DNA of 63,428 nt, the filler included, from Octopus bimaculoides (taxonomy: Eukaryota), in assembly GCF_001194135.2 (NCBI RefSeq). It is 7 parts of 6 records of this genome, joined end to end, with 100 filler letters (N's around TTAATTAATTAA, not from the genome) between each part and the next. Parts side by side here need not be neighbours in the genome. Positions count along the whole stretch, not along the records: positions 50,746 to 56,028 come from NC_068983.1; positions 56,129 to 58,256 come from NW_026395063.1; positions 58,357 to 61,393 come from NC_068981.1; positions 61,494 to 63,428 come from NC_068984.1; 3 more parts are not named here. The stretch is one strand, 5' to 3'. Below the pieces are notes generated by a model. That model saw only the letters and a program-made list of their open reading frames with translations, had not been told where the DNA came from and made no database searches. The translations under genes were made by a program, and so were the position numbers. Positions within the stretch are counted from its first letter, which is position 1. Each line of letters opens with the position of its first letter. Shown here piece after piece: positions 51,486 to 62,012 of this stretch.

Positions 51486-52675
51486 CTCGAAATACGAGAG
51501 TAGAAAAACAGCCAACAACTAATGAAGGGTCGTTCTTCATATATTGTTTGTTTTGTTTTCCATTTGTCTTTTGTTATTCGAAAAAATAGTAAATATTCCA
51601 TGTACTCGTACTTCGTATTATTCTGTTGTACACGTTTCGTGACTTCCTGTACTCACATATGCATTTATATGTATAGATGTAAGTATATACATATACGTAT
51701 GTATATATGCATATATATATGCATTATGTATATATATATATATATATNNNNNNNNNNNNNNNNNNNNNNNNNNNNNNNNNNNNNNNNNNNNNNNNNNNNN
51801 NNNNNNNNNNNNNNNNNNNNNNNNNNNNNNNNNNNNNNNNNNNNNNNNNNNNNNNNNNNNNNNNNNNNNNNNNNNNNNNNNNNNNNNNNNNNNNNNNNNN
51901 NNNNNNNNNNNNNNNNNNNNNNNNNNNNNNNNNNNNNNNNNNNNNNNNNNNNNNNNNNNNNNNNNNNNNNNNNNNNNNNNNNNNNNNNNNNNNNNNNNNN
52001 NNNNNNNNNNNNNNNNNNNNNNNNNNNNNNNNNNNNNNNNNNNNNNNNNNNNNNNNNNNNNNNNNNNNNNNNNNNNNNNNNNNNNNNNNNNNNNNNNNNN
52101 NNNNNNNNNNNNNNNNNNNNNNNNNNNNNNNNNNNNNNNNNNNNNNNNNNNNNNNNNNNNNNNNNNNNNNNNNNNNNNNNNNNNNNNNNNNNNNNNNNNN
52201 NNNNNNNNNNNNNNNNNNNNNNNNNNNNNNNNNNNNNNNNNNNNNNNNNNNNNNNNNNNNNNNNNNNNNNNNNNNNNNNNNNNNNNNNNNNNNNNNNNNN
52301 NNNNNNNNNNNNNNNNNNNNNNNNNNNNNNNNNNNNNNNNNNNNNNNNNNNNNNNNNNNNNNNNNNNNNNNNNNNNNNNNNNNNNNNNNNNNNNNNNNNN
52401 NNNNNNNNNNNNNNNNNNNNNNNNNNNNNNNNNNNNNNNNNNNNNNNNNNNNNNNNNNNNNNNNNNNNNNNNNNNNNNNNNNNNNNNNNNNNNNNNNNNN
52501 NNNNNNNNNNNNNNNNNNNNNNNNNNNNNNNNNNNNNNNNNNNNNNNNNNNNNNNNNNNNNNNNNNNNNNNNNNNNNNNNNNNNNNNNNNNNNNNNNNNN
52601 NNNNNNNNNNNNNNNNNNNNNNNNNNNNNNNNNNNNNNNNNNNNNNNNNNNNNNNNNNNNNNNNNNNNNNNNNNN

Positions 52676-52715
<40 letters not shown>

Positions 52716-53048
52716 CATATATATCACGCGTACGGGAAAGCCTACTTTTTTTTCTGTCTAGGGCTTATATGCCCCATTATTATTAAACTATTTTCCTTAG
52801 TCATTCGCACGGTGATCGCTATAAGCTTTAAGTTTATATATAAAAAAAAAACCCACTATTATTTTATATATACTAATAAGGAGTAAATATTCAGGAGTGA
52901 ATATTTATATAGATATTATTACTGTTATTATTATCTGCAGAAATATAAATACCTGATTATAACAAGAACAATAGTATAGGTGGTTGCAGGTCTAAATAGC
53001 ATGAGATAACTATAGAATAAAAATTTATATCAATCATAAGCGCATACA

Positions 53049-53160
53049 AGGTGCTTGCCTGCTAGAAAGAGAAGTTAAAACCCTCTACTGTTGATTTTCT
53101 GTCATAATTTTCAGCGTTATTAAATGAGTTTTAACTCTTCTTTCTAGCAGGCAGGCGCCT
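53049..53160. repeat. Short inverted repeat: 33-bp arms, 46-bp spacer
   Basis: AGGTGCTTGCCTGCTAGAAAGAGAAGTTAAAAC vs GTTTTAACTCTTCTTTCTAGCAGGCAGGCGCCT. Confidence 0.8.
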
Positions 53161-53600
53161 TGTTTGCCCTTATGATATATATATATATATATATGCTGGT
53201 TTCTTTCGAAAGTTGTTTTTCCTCGCATTCGGTATTAAAACGTGTTTATTTGGGAAGTCTAGTGTGTGGCATTATTCTGTAGTAATGCCCTTTATATATA
53301 TATATATATATATATATATNNNNNNNNNNNNNNNNNNNNNNNNNNNNNNNNNNNNNNNNNNNNNNNNNNNNNNNNNNNNNNNNNNNNNNNNNNNNNNNNN
53401 NNNNNNNNNNNNNNNNNNNNNNNNNNNNNNNNNNNNNNNNNNNNNNNNNNNNNNNNNNNNNNNNNNNNNNNNNNNNNNNNNNNNNNNNNNNNNNNNNNNN
53501 NNNNNNNNNNNNNNNNNNNNNNNNNNNNNNNNNNNNNNNNNNNNNNNNNNNNNNNNNNNNNNNNNNNNNNNNNNNNNNNNNNNNNNNNNNNNNNNNNNNN

Positions 53601-53655
<55 letters not shown>

Positions 53656-53799
53656 GGCTGTCAAATAAATTCGTTCGTTTCTTTCCGATGTTATTTGAAT
53701 TAACACGAAAATATTTCACTTTGTAGTTTTCTTTCTTTTTTTCTTTTTTTTTTATGTAGCTCTGTTCTTTCTCAACAACTTTTGTTTATCGTTTTTGAA

Positions 53800-54562
53800 A
53801 TTTGAATAGATTTTTCTTCTTTTCGGACATTTGACGAAGGAGTGACAAGTCGGAAAAACAGTCGGCATCTTCGACAACTACTTTGCTTTCAATCACGAGA
53901 CGAGAACTACCAAAGCTGCTCGAAATAATTGCAGTGCTGTGTTCAGAGAAAGTCCTATTGTTGAAAGAAATGGTTTTCCTCACAATCACCGCATTCCGGC
54001 CGATCTATTCAGCTCTTTCAGAATCGATTGTACGAACTCATCCACGAAGATCCGCGCAAGTTCATTAGGGAATTGATCCAGCAGATGGAAATCTCTCATC
54101 ATACCGCCGTCGCCCATTAGCTTCATTCGAGAGATAATCCAACTGAATCGAACCGACAAGTGACATGAAAGTGCTTCTTCGACACGACATCGCTTACCCC
54201 CACACCGTTAATATGACCAAAAGTGCTATTCAAGAGCTTGGTTGGGAAGTTGTACTGCCCCCATTGTATTCGTCTACCATAAAGCCTTCAGATTATCACC
54301 TTTTTTCCGGTCGCTACTCAACATTCTGCGAGGCGTTACGTTCACCAACAACGGCGAGCTGAAAACGTGACTCGATGAATTCTTCGGATCAAAACCCAGT
54401 GATTCCTACCGTCAAGACGTTGACAAGTTAATGGCACGTTGGCAAGAAGCTGAGAACAATGAAAGAGAATTGACAGATTTGCTAAAAGTATTGACGAAAA
54501 ATATGGATTAACATAAATGGCGAAAAGAACAAAACCGAGCAAATTTTGACTGAGAAACCAAT
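53800..54562 (+). mobile_element. Mariner (DD34D-type) transposon remnant
   Basis: KAARNNCSAVFRESPIVER (HTH region) and VLLRHDIAYPHTVNMTKSAIQELGWEVVLPPLYSSTIKPSDYHLF, matching mariner LLHDNARPH...LGWEVLPHPPYSPDLAPSDYHLF. Confidence 0.85.
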
Positions 54563-54628
54563 GTACTTATGGCCAGACATCAGTCACGAACGAATGTGAC
54601 TTGTTAACACAAACCACGCTTTTTCGGA

Positions 54629-54852
54629 AGACGGTGAGTTGGCACAATCGTCAGAACCGTTAACACACCGGACAAAATGCTTAGCGGCATTTCATCCATC
54701 TTTACGCTCTGAGTTCAAATGCCGCCTAGATCGACTTTGCTTTTCATCCTTTCGGGGTCGATAAAATAACTACCAGTTTTAGCACTGGGGTCAATGTAAT
54801 CGACTGACTCCCGCTCCTCCGAAATTGCTGCCTCTATACCAAATATGAAATC
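54629..54852 (+). mobile_element. SINE family B copy
   Basis: GGTGAGTTGGCACAATCG...CGCTCTGAGTTCAAAT...TTTCATCCTTTCGGGGTCGATAAAATAACTACCAG. Confidence 0.85.
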
Positions 54853-55767
54853 AACATGTACCACACTTTCGCTAATGTTTTTAGATGCCCGTGTAGTCAT
54901 GAGGAAACATAGGCACCTTTACCGCCTTCCCACTCTTGACCCAGTGGAGCATTAAGGATGTGACAGCTTGAGGGAGAAAGGGCTGCAACGGCAACCAGGC
55001 TGGAGCAACACGAAGTGACGTTCTTTCATTCTGGGAGACACAATGCGTTGCCTGGTTCAGGAATTGAAGCGACCAACTTATAGCCATTAGTCGAACAACT
55101 TAACCACTAAGCCACGCTTCTTCTCCACCCATTTAATACTCACGGAGTTGCAAAATGAACCTCGTGTCCACACACCCACGCCTTGCACCCATAAAAAAGA
55201 ACTCTCGAAAAACTTAATGAAAAACTTTACGATACAAACCACGGTTGTTTGTTTAGATACTTTTCACATTGTTTCTGAGGTTGTTGCTACTCGCTATTGT
55301 TGTTGTTGCTGTTGGTGGTGGTGTGGTTGTTGTTGGTGTGGTTGTTGTTGTTGTTGCTTTTACATTACACTTTTTTATTTCTCTTTTCTTATATTTACAT
55401 ATATTTATTCTTGTCTTTCAGGTTTCTTTTTCTTTTTTTCTTCTTGTTTTTCTTTTTGTAGTATCTGGTGTTCTCATGTTTTTGGCGAATTCTTTGATGG
55501 AAGTGATATAAACAACAGTTTGGAATTACCATTGAAAGAAGACTGAACGAGGCACCGAAGAAATTCTTAGTGGAGAAAGATCAAGCGAAGAGTGGAGGGT
55601 GGTTGTTTACACGGGTGGAGGTGGGGGAGTTCCGTATGTATGTGGGTTTTTCTGGGTGTTTGTGTGTGTGTGCAAGTGTGTACGTGAACGTGTGTGAATG
55701 TACATCGACAGGTATATATAAACATATATATGTGTGTGTGTGTGTGACACACACACACACACACATA

Positions 55768-55811
<44 letters not shown>

Positions 55812-55830
55812 CACATATATATATCATCCT

Positions 55831-56028
55831 TTCTACTGGAAGCATAAGGCCTCAGATTTTGGGGAAGGGATTAAGTCGATTAGATCGACCCCAGTACGCA
55901 ACTGGTACTTATTTCATCGATCCCGAAAGGATGAAAGGCAAAGTCGACTTCGGCAGAATTTGAACGCAGAACGTAAAGACGGACGAAATGCCGCTAAGCA
56001 TTTTGTCCGGCGCGGTAACGATTCTGCT
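55831..56028 (-). mobile_element. SINE family B copy, truncated at segment end
   Basis: Highly similar to 41990-42160. Confidence 0.85.
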
Positions 56029-56128
56029 NNNNNNNNNNNNNNNNNNNNNNNNNNNNNNNNNNNNNNNNNNNNTTAATTAATTAANNNNNNNNNNNNNNNN
56101 NNNNNNNNNNNNNNNNNNNNNNNNNNNN
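56029..56128. other. Synthetic 100-nt join linker
   Basis: 44 N + TTAATTAATTAA (56073-56084) + 44 N. Confidence 0.95.
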
Positions 56129-57640
56129 CCCCGGTCTGGGAATCGAAAACCGCGATCCTATGACCACGAGTCCACTGCCCAAACCACTGGGCCATTGTGC
56201 CCCCACAAACCCAATATTAAACCTTGATAAACACTCACAATAAACCCCTTCATCTTGAATACTGATCCTGTTTAATCTCTGCCCTCCCCATCACCGCAAA
56301 ACCTAACCCCTAGTTCAAACTTTGATCTCTTACCTAACTAATCTCTCTAAAAACTTTTCACGAATCCCCAAGCTAACTCTAATAGGGTCTAAATTCTGAA
56401 CCCCAATCAATCCTAATAAGAAACCCTACACCAGTTTGAGTGAGGCCGTTGCCAGTACCGCCTGACTGGCCTTCGTGCAGGTGACACGTAAAAGCACCCA
56501 CTACACTCTCTGAGTGGTTGGCGTTAGGAAGGGCATCCAGCTGTAGAAACTCTGCCACATCAGACTGGAGCCTGGTGTAGCCATCTGGTTCACCAGTCGT
56601 CAGTATATATATATATATATATATACGATGGGCTTCTTTCAGTTTCCGTCTGCCAAATCCACTCACATGGCTCTTGGTCGGCCCGAGGCTATAGTAGAAG
56701 ACAGTTTCCCAAAGTGCCAGAAACAGGGAGAAAGTTGTGGTGAAAGAATACAGCAGGGTTCGCCACCAACCCCTGCCGGAGCCTCGTGGAACTTTAGGGG
56801 TTTTCGCTCGATAAACACTCTAAACGCTTCGGTCTGGGAATCGAAAACCTTGAGTCCACTGCCCTAACCACTGGGCCATTGTGCCCCCACAAACCCAACA
56901 TTAGACCTTGATAAACACTCACAATAAACCCCTTCATCTTGAATACTGATCCTGTTTAATCTCTGCCCTCCTCATCACCGCAAAGCCTAACCCCTAGTCC
57001 AAACTTTGATCTCTTACCTAAATAATCTCCCTAGAAACTGTTCACAAATCCCCAAGCAAACCCCTAATATGGTCTAAAGTTNNNNNNNNNNNNNNNNNNN
57101 NNNNNNNNNNNNNNNNNNNNNNNNNNNNNNNNNNNNNNNNNNNNNNNNNNNNNNNNNNNNNNNNNNNNNNNNNNNNNNNNNNNNNNNNNNNNNNNNNNNN
57201 NNNNNNNNNNNNNNNNNNNNNNNNNNNNNNNNNNNNNNNNNNNNNNNNNNNNNNNNNNNNNNNNNNNNNNNNNNNNNNNNNNNNNNNNNNNNNNNNNNNN
57301 NNNNNNNNNNNNNNNNNNNNNNNNNNNNNNNNNNNNNNNNNNNNNNNNNNNNNNNNNNNNNNNNNNNNNNNNNNNNNNNNNNNNNNNNNNNNNNNNNNNN
57401 NNNNNNNNNNNNNNNNNNNNNNGCTGTAGAAACTCTGCCACATCAGACTGGAGCCTGGTGTAGCCAAACCCCTTCATCTTGAATACTGATCCTGTTTAAT
57501 CTCTGCCCTCCTCATCACCGCAAAGCCTAACCCCTAGTCCAAACTTTGATCTCTTACCTAAATAATCTCCCTAGAAACTGTTCACAAATCCCCAAGCAAA
57601 CCCCTAATATGGTCTAAAGTTTGAAACCCCAATCCTAACA
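56129..57640. repeat. Composite tandem array (~700-bp period) of SINE fragments plus a ~200-bp novel unit
   Basis: AAACCCCTTCATCTTGAATACTGATCCTGTTTAATCTCTGCCCTC... occurs at about 56242, 56926 and 57466, interleaved with family C, D and A fragments. Confidence 0.85.
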
Positions 57641-57676
57641 ATGAAACCCTCAATGAAATAAGAAAAAACTACTTAC

Positions 57677-57693
57677 CTTTGGCAATTTGCCCC
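57677..57693 (-). CDS. Candidate 17-nt microexon (GGGGCAAATTGCCAAAG)
   Basis: T-rich tract ...TTTTGTATTATAG acceptor and a consensus AAG|GTAAGT donor. No transcript evidence. Confidence 0.35.
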
Positions 57694-57968
57694 CTATAAT
57701 ACAAAATATGTGCAAACAACGAACAAAATATCAAACAAGAACGTCCTATTCTAGTAGGGGATAAGGCATGATCGCAGAAAATGGGGGTGGGGCACAAATG
57801 GAAAGGGGTAGGGGACAATTCATCCATATTTGGAAGTGCATCCTTAAATTTTTAATGAAGTAATAGGCTGTGAAGAGAAGCCTTCCTACGTCGATCCCTT
57901 TCTACCCCCTATCTCTACCTCTTCCTCTCTCAAACGCATACACGTGCAAGTAAACACAATTATTCACT

Positions 57969-58094
57969 AAAATATAACTCATGTTCGTCAATGTGGGCAG
58001 AACTTCAGGGTTGTAACCCCGCCATCGTACATTCCGAGCATGTAGAAATCCAAAGTCGGGAGGTGGAGGGGGGGCTACAACACTGTAGTTATGC
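57969..58094 (-). CDS. Candidate internal coding exon (HNYSVVAPPPPPDFGFLHARNVRWRGYNPEVLPTLTNMSYIL); 3' boundary uncertain
   Basis: About 70-nt pyrimidine tract, branch-point-like CTTAAC, TATAG acceptor, GC-richer non-repetitive island with only one open frame. Donor ambiguous (GTACGA, GTGAAT or GTGTAT, all phase 0). Confidence 0.3.
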
Positions 58095-58189
58095 CTATAT
58101 ATTTCAAATGAAAGAGGAAGAAGAAGAAAAACAAGAGAAGAAAAAGAACAAAACATCACAAAAACGTTAAGAAAAACAAAACAGGGCTG

Positions 58190-58240
58190 ATTAGGGTTAG
58201 GGTTAGAGTTTTAGGGTCAGGGTTAGATTTAAGGTTAGGT
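58190..58240 (+). repeat. Degenerate interstitial (TTAGGG)n
   Basis: TTAGGGTTAGGGTTAGAGTTTTAGGGTCAGGGTTAG near the segment end. Confidence 0.8.
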
Positions 58241-58256
58241 CCTACCTGTACCGCAT

Positions 58257-58356
58257 NNNNNNNNNNNNNNNNNNNNNNNNNNNNNNNNNNNNNNNNNNNN
58301 TTAATTAATTAANNNNNNNNNNNNNNNNNNNNNNNNNNNNNNNNNNNNNNNNNNNN
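58257..58356. other. Synthetic 100-nt join linker
   Basis: 44 N + TTAATTAATTAA (58301-58312) + 44 N. Confidence 0.95.
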
Positions 58357-58462
58357 AGTTGTTATACAACTTTCTATATAAAAATAAACTTTACAAACAA
58401 ACTTTTTAAAACATAAAAAAGGCAAAACTTACGGAGCCGACACGTCTACCGTCCGTCCATAG

Positions 58463-58511
<49 letters not shown>

Positions 58512-60221
58512 CTTTAACATGTATCCGACTGCAACACGACGTGAACTATGAAGAACAGTACCAAAAGTCTGTGAACGTGTGTTATGTTGTGAGTTTGTGT
58601 GTGCGTTTGTGTGTGCGTGTCCGTGTATGTGTATGTGTATGTATACTTGTGTATACGTTTACCAGCCTGCTCTTATGTTCTTGTATGTGTGCGCGTATAT
58701 GTTTGTATTTGGTTTTTGTGTCTACGAGATAGGCAGATAGAGTTTATTTCCACTTATACTTTCAATGTATGTTATTTAACTTTGTTATTTAAATAAATTG
58801 TCTCAGCAATGAGACGGCCATTTCCATTTCTGTTTATTTTCTTCTTATTCAAATTTGATCAGATTTACGAATGCTACTCGTGTGAAATGTTACACTAATT
58901 ATTCTTTTCCTTAATTTTCTTTCTTCGACATCTATCGAACTTTTGCGTATTTAACACCGTGAATGTGGGATATATTAAGCCCCAACCCAGGTTTTAAGAT
59001 ACGTATTGATCTTGAGAGTTAAGTATTCATCAAAGAATTTTGAAGATGGAAGAGTCATCAACGCCTGTTATAATAACTAGTGCATAGCTGAAGGCACACA
59101 TAAGGAAAGAGTCCATCTTTTGCTCGGCTTTGATGTCGATATATTTGAGTAGGTGGATAAAACTCACTAGAAATTAGAAAGGAGAGAAGAAAATAATAAC
59201 AGCGTATGAATCGATCAAAAGTTCTCATTTACACATGCGCACACTCTTATAGACACATGTGTACGTGTATATGAGTGTGAGTATGTGTGTATGCATGAGT
59301 ATTTTAGTATGTATACATACATATATATGTATGGATGGATATATATTTAGACGCACAGACATAGACACTCAAACACGCACACACACACATATAAGGCGAA
59401 TGGGCTATATTTCATTAGGAATCTTGATTGTGACATAATCATAATATAATTAGTTGGATTGCGTAGCAAGTTTAAAAACAAAAAAAAGTTGATTTTCATA
59501 TGACATGGATTATCGCTAAGCCGTTTGATAACGATAGATATGGTTTAATCTCTGCTGTATGGAATTGTTGGAAATCAGATAATATGTACGCCAAGAATCA
59601 CATGCCCGCGTTTTATGCGAAGAATTTTTATTCTTTTAACTGAATCTATAAATCTTTCCTGAATGCTGGATACGTATCTATATAAACGTACGGTTTATAT
59701 AAAAATGGCTAATATTTCCTTCAAAGATTGATTTTGTTAGATTTATTTAAAAAACAAAGAATCCCTCTCATCACATGGCTGGGTTACTCCCCCACTACTC
59801 CTGCCTATGATCATAGATGCACTTATTGTCAGCCACTAAGAGGCATATTCAACCGGTTAGGATCAAGCAACTAAAAAGGAAATGCTTGGTACTAAGCAGA
59901 ATATTTACTATGATATTTCTGCTTCAGCAACTCAGCGCTGAGTCTGTCTGAAATGTAATAAAAAATAGGTGAGTTTCAAACATTGAGGCTCAGGTCCCAA
60001 AGCAAAGTTTGGAGGGACTGATAGTATTTCCTTTGATTTTTAGATAGACGGTAATAGGAAATAACTCTTACTGACCAAAGACACTCAAAGTAAATAAATA
60101 AAATTTTGTTACACAGTGTTATTTTTATACAACATAGCGTACTTTAAAACTATTATAGTCAAAACTGATTATATTTACACAAACCTTGCCTAACCTTGGT
60201 TCTAACAACTGATACAAGAAA

Positions 60222-61095
60222 AAACATATTTGAGAAAGGCAGCGATTGAAATGCATAAATGTTGGTATACTCATCCACACGCGCGTGCACACACAGGCAC
60301 ACACACACACACACACACACGCATATGTATATGTTATTATATATTATATATTTTATATTATTTATAGTATTTAATGTAACTTTTCTATTAACATCTAGCT
60401 TTATGATATCTTTAAAATAGATTAAAGCCATAACTGTATCCGATTATCTTATCGGATAACATTGCTTATGCCGTTCCCATATTGCCTATATCACGATATA
60501 TATTTCATGCAGTCACCAAAGAAGTCGTTTTCATTCAATATTTCAACGATTACGCGTGTCGCTACCTTCAATCCATTCAACTAAACATGAAAGCATCTGA
60601 AAATGTGGCCAGTTTCGCAAGCTTTCACGATGATTTTTTTTTTAAGTTATGTATCATTATCAGCGCAATGCAATACTAAAATATTTGATATTGCATAATT
60701 TTTCCTTGGATATCCTATAAAGCAAAAAGATAAGTACAATTATAATGGTAATGCAGTAAAAGACAAAATTAAAAACAGAAAACCGTAATAGGTATATAGA
60801 TAGTTTAATGAGTTAACGAATTTGTCAGTTAAGAAAAAAAAAACAAAGTAATAGATAAATAAAATACATAAGAAATAACTGAATATACTTATATTACCGA
60901 TTATTCAAAAATATATCAATCGATCTCAGACAAATGTTAGTCGCAGTTTTATTACCCTTTTGGTGTGGTTTCGTACAAGAAAAAGCATATTTGAGAAAGG
61001 CAGCGATTGAAATGCATAAATGTTGGTATACTCATCCACACACACATGCACACACAGGCACACACGCACACACACAAACACACATATGTATATGT
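60222..61095. repeat. Direct duplication of ~110 bp (about 60222-60330 and 60983-61095)
   Basis: CATATTTGAGAAAGGCAGCGATTGAAATGCATAAATGTTGGTATACTCATCCACAC occurs twice. Confidence 0.85.
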
Positions 61096-61393
61096 TATGT
61101 GAAGGTGTAGAAATGTAAAAATACCGGTGTTTCATTGTACGCCTGTATCATGATAATATATATAATTGTTGATTAAATTATAAACATATAAGGGAAGCTG
61201 ACAGTGAACTCACATATGCTTACATATAGGTATTTTTTATGAGAGAGACAAAGGAAGACATAGATAGATAAATATATATAGAGAAAGAGAGAGAGAAAAG
61301 AGAGAAACGAGGGGATAGAGTGTGAGAAACAGAGAGAGAGAGAGAGAGAGAGTGTGTGTGCATGCGTGTGTATGTCTGTGTGTGTGTGTGTGC

Positions 61394-61493
61394 NNNNNNN
61401 NNNNNNNNNNNNNNNNNNNNNNNNNNNNNNNNNNNNNTTAATTAATTAANNNNNNNNNNNNNNNNNNNNNNNNNNNNNNNNNNNNNNNNNNNN
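61394..61493. other. Synthetic 100-nt join linker
   Basis: 44 N + TTAATTAATTAA (61438-61449) + 44 N. Confidence 0.95.
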
Positions 61494-61526
61494 CTATCTA
61501 TCTATCTATCTATCTATCTATCGCTA

Positions 61527-61589
<63 letters not shown>

Positions 61590-61960
61590 ATCTGTTTGTC
61601 TGTCTGCCTGTCTCTCTCCCTCTATTTCAAGCAACACAATTCTTCATGTCTTTCATGAGATTCCTCTCTCTCGTTACGTAATCTACGTACGTCTCATCTC
61701 AACAACAACAAAAAAGATGTTTAATATTGAAAAATTATAGACATCAATTTTTACTTTAAAATATATTGGAATAAAAATAAAAAACGTTATATATATTGAA
61801 GTTTTATTTATATATTTACAATAAATCTTATTTCTATTAATATTTTTTTTAGTTCACAATAGAAGCAAATTTATTAACAACATATTTTTACAGGAAGAAA
61901 AAAAAAAACAGAAGCATCAAAAGAATAAAAGATCAAGTTTCCGAGGAAAAAGAACCCACA

Positions 61961-62012
61961 ACTGACTCACCTAAAAAAACACAAACACAAACAAAAAAGA
62001 AAAAGAAAAGTG
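61961..62012 (-). other. Candidate recursive splice site (polypyrimidine tract-AG|GTGAGT)
   Basis: Minus strand CTTTTCTTTTTCTTTTTTGTTTGTGTTTGTGTTTTTTTAG|GTGAGTCAG. Confidence 0.35.

Noticed and set aside
55530-55565. 36-nt minus-strand exon ending ATG|GTAATT
   Set aside because: Weak AAG acceptor, and it conflicts with the stronger plus-strand signals at the same place.
896-57477. Long ORFs in the supplied track (poly-His/Ser/Met/Thr, YIYI, HTHT, CVCV and X-filled ORFs)
   Set aside because: They are translations of microsatellites and N gaps, which lack stop codons; there is no domain content.
57550-57570. AG|GTAAGAG (minus strand) as a recursive splice site
   Set aside because: It lies inside the repeated unit and lacks a polypyrimidine tract.
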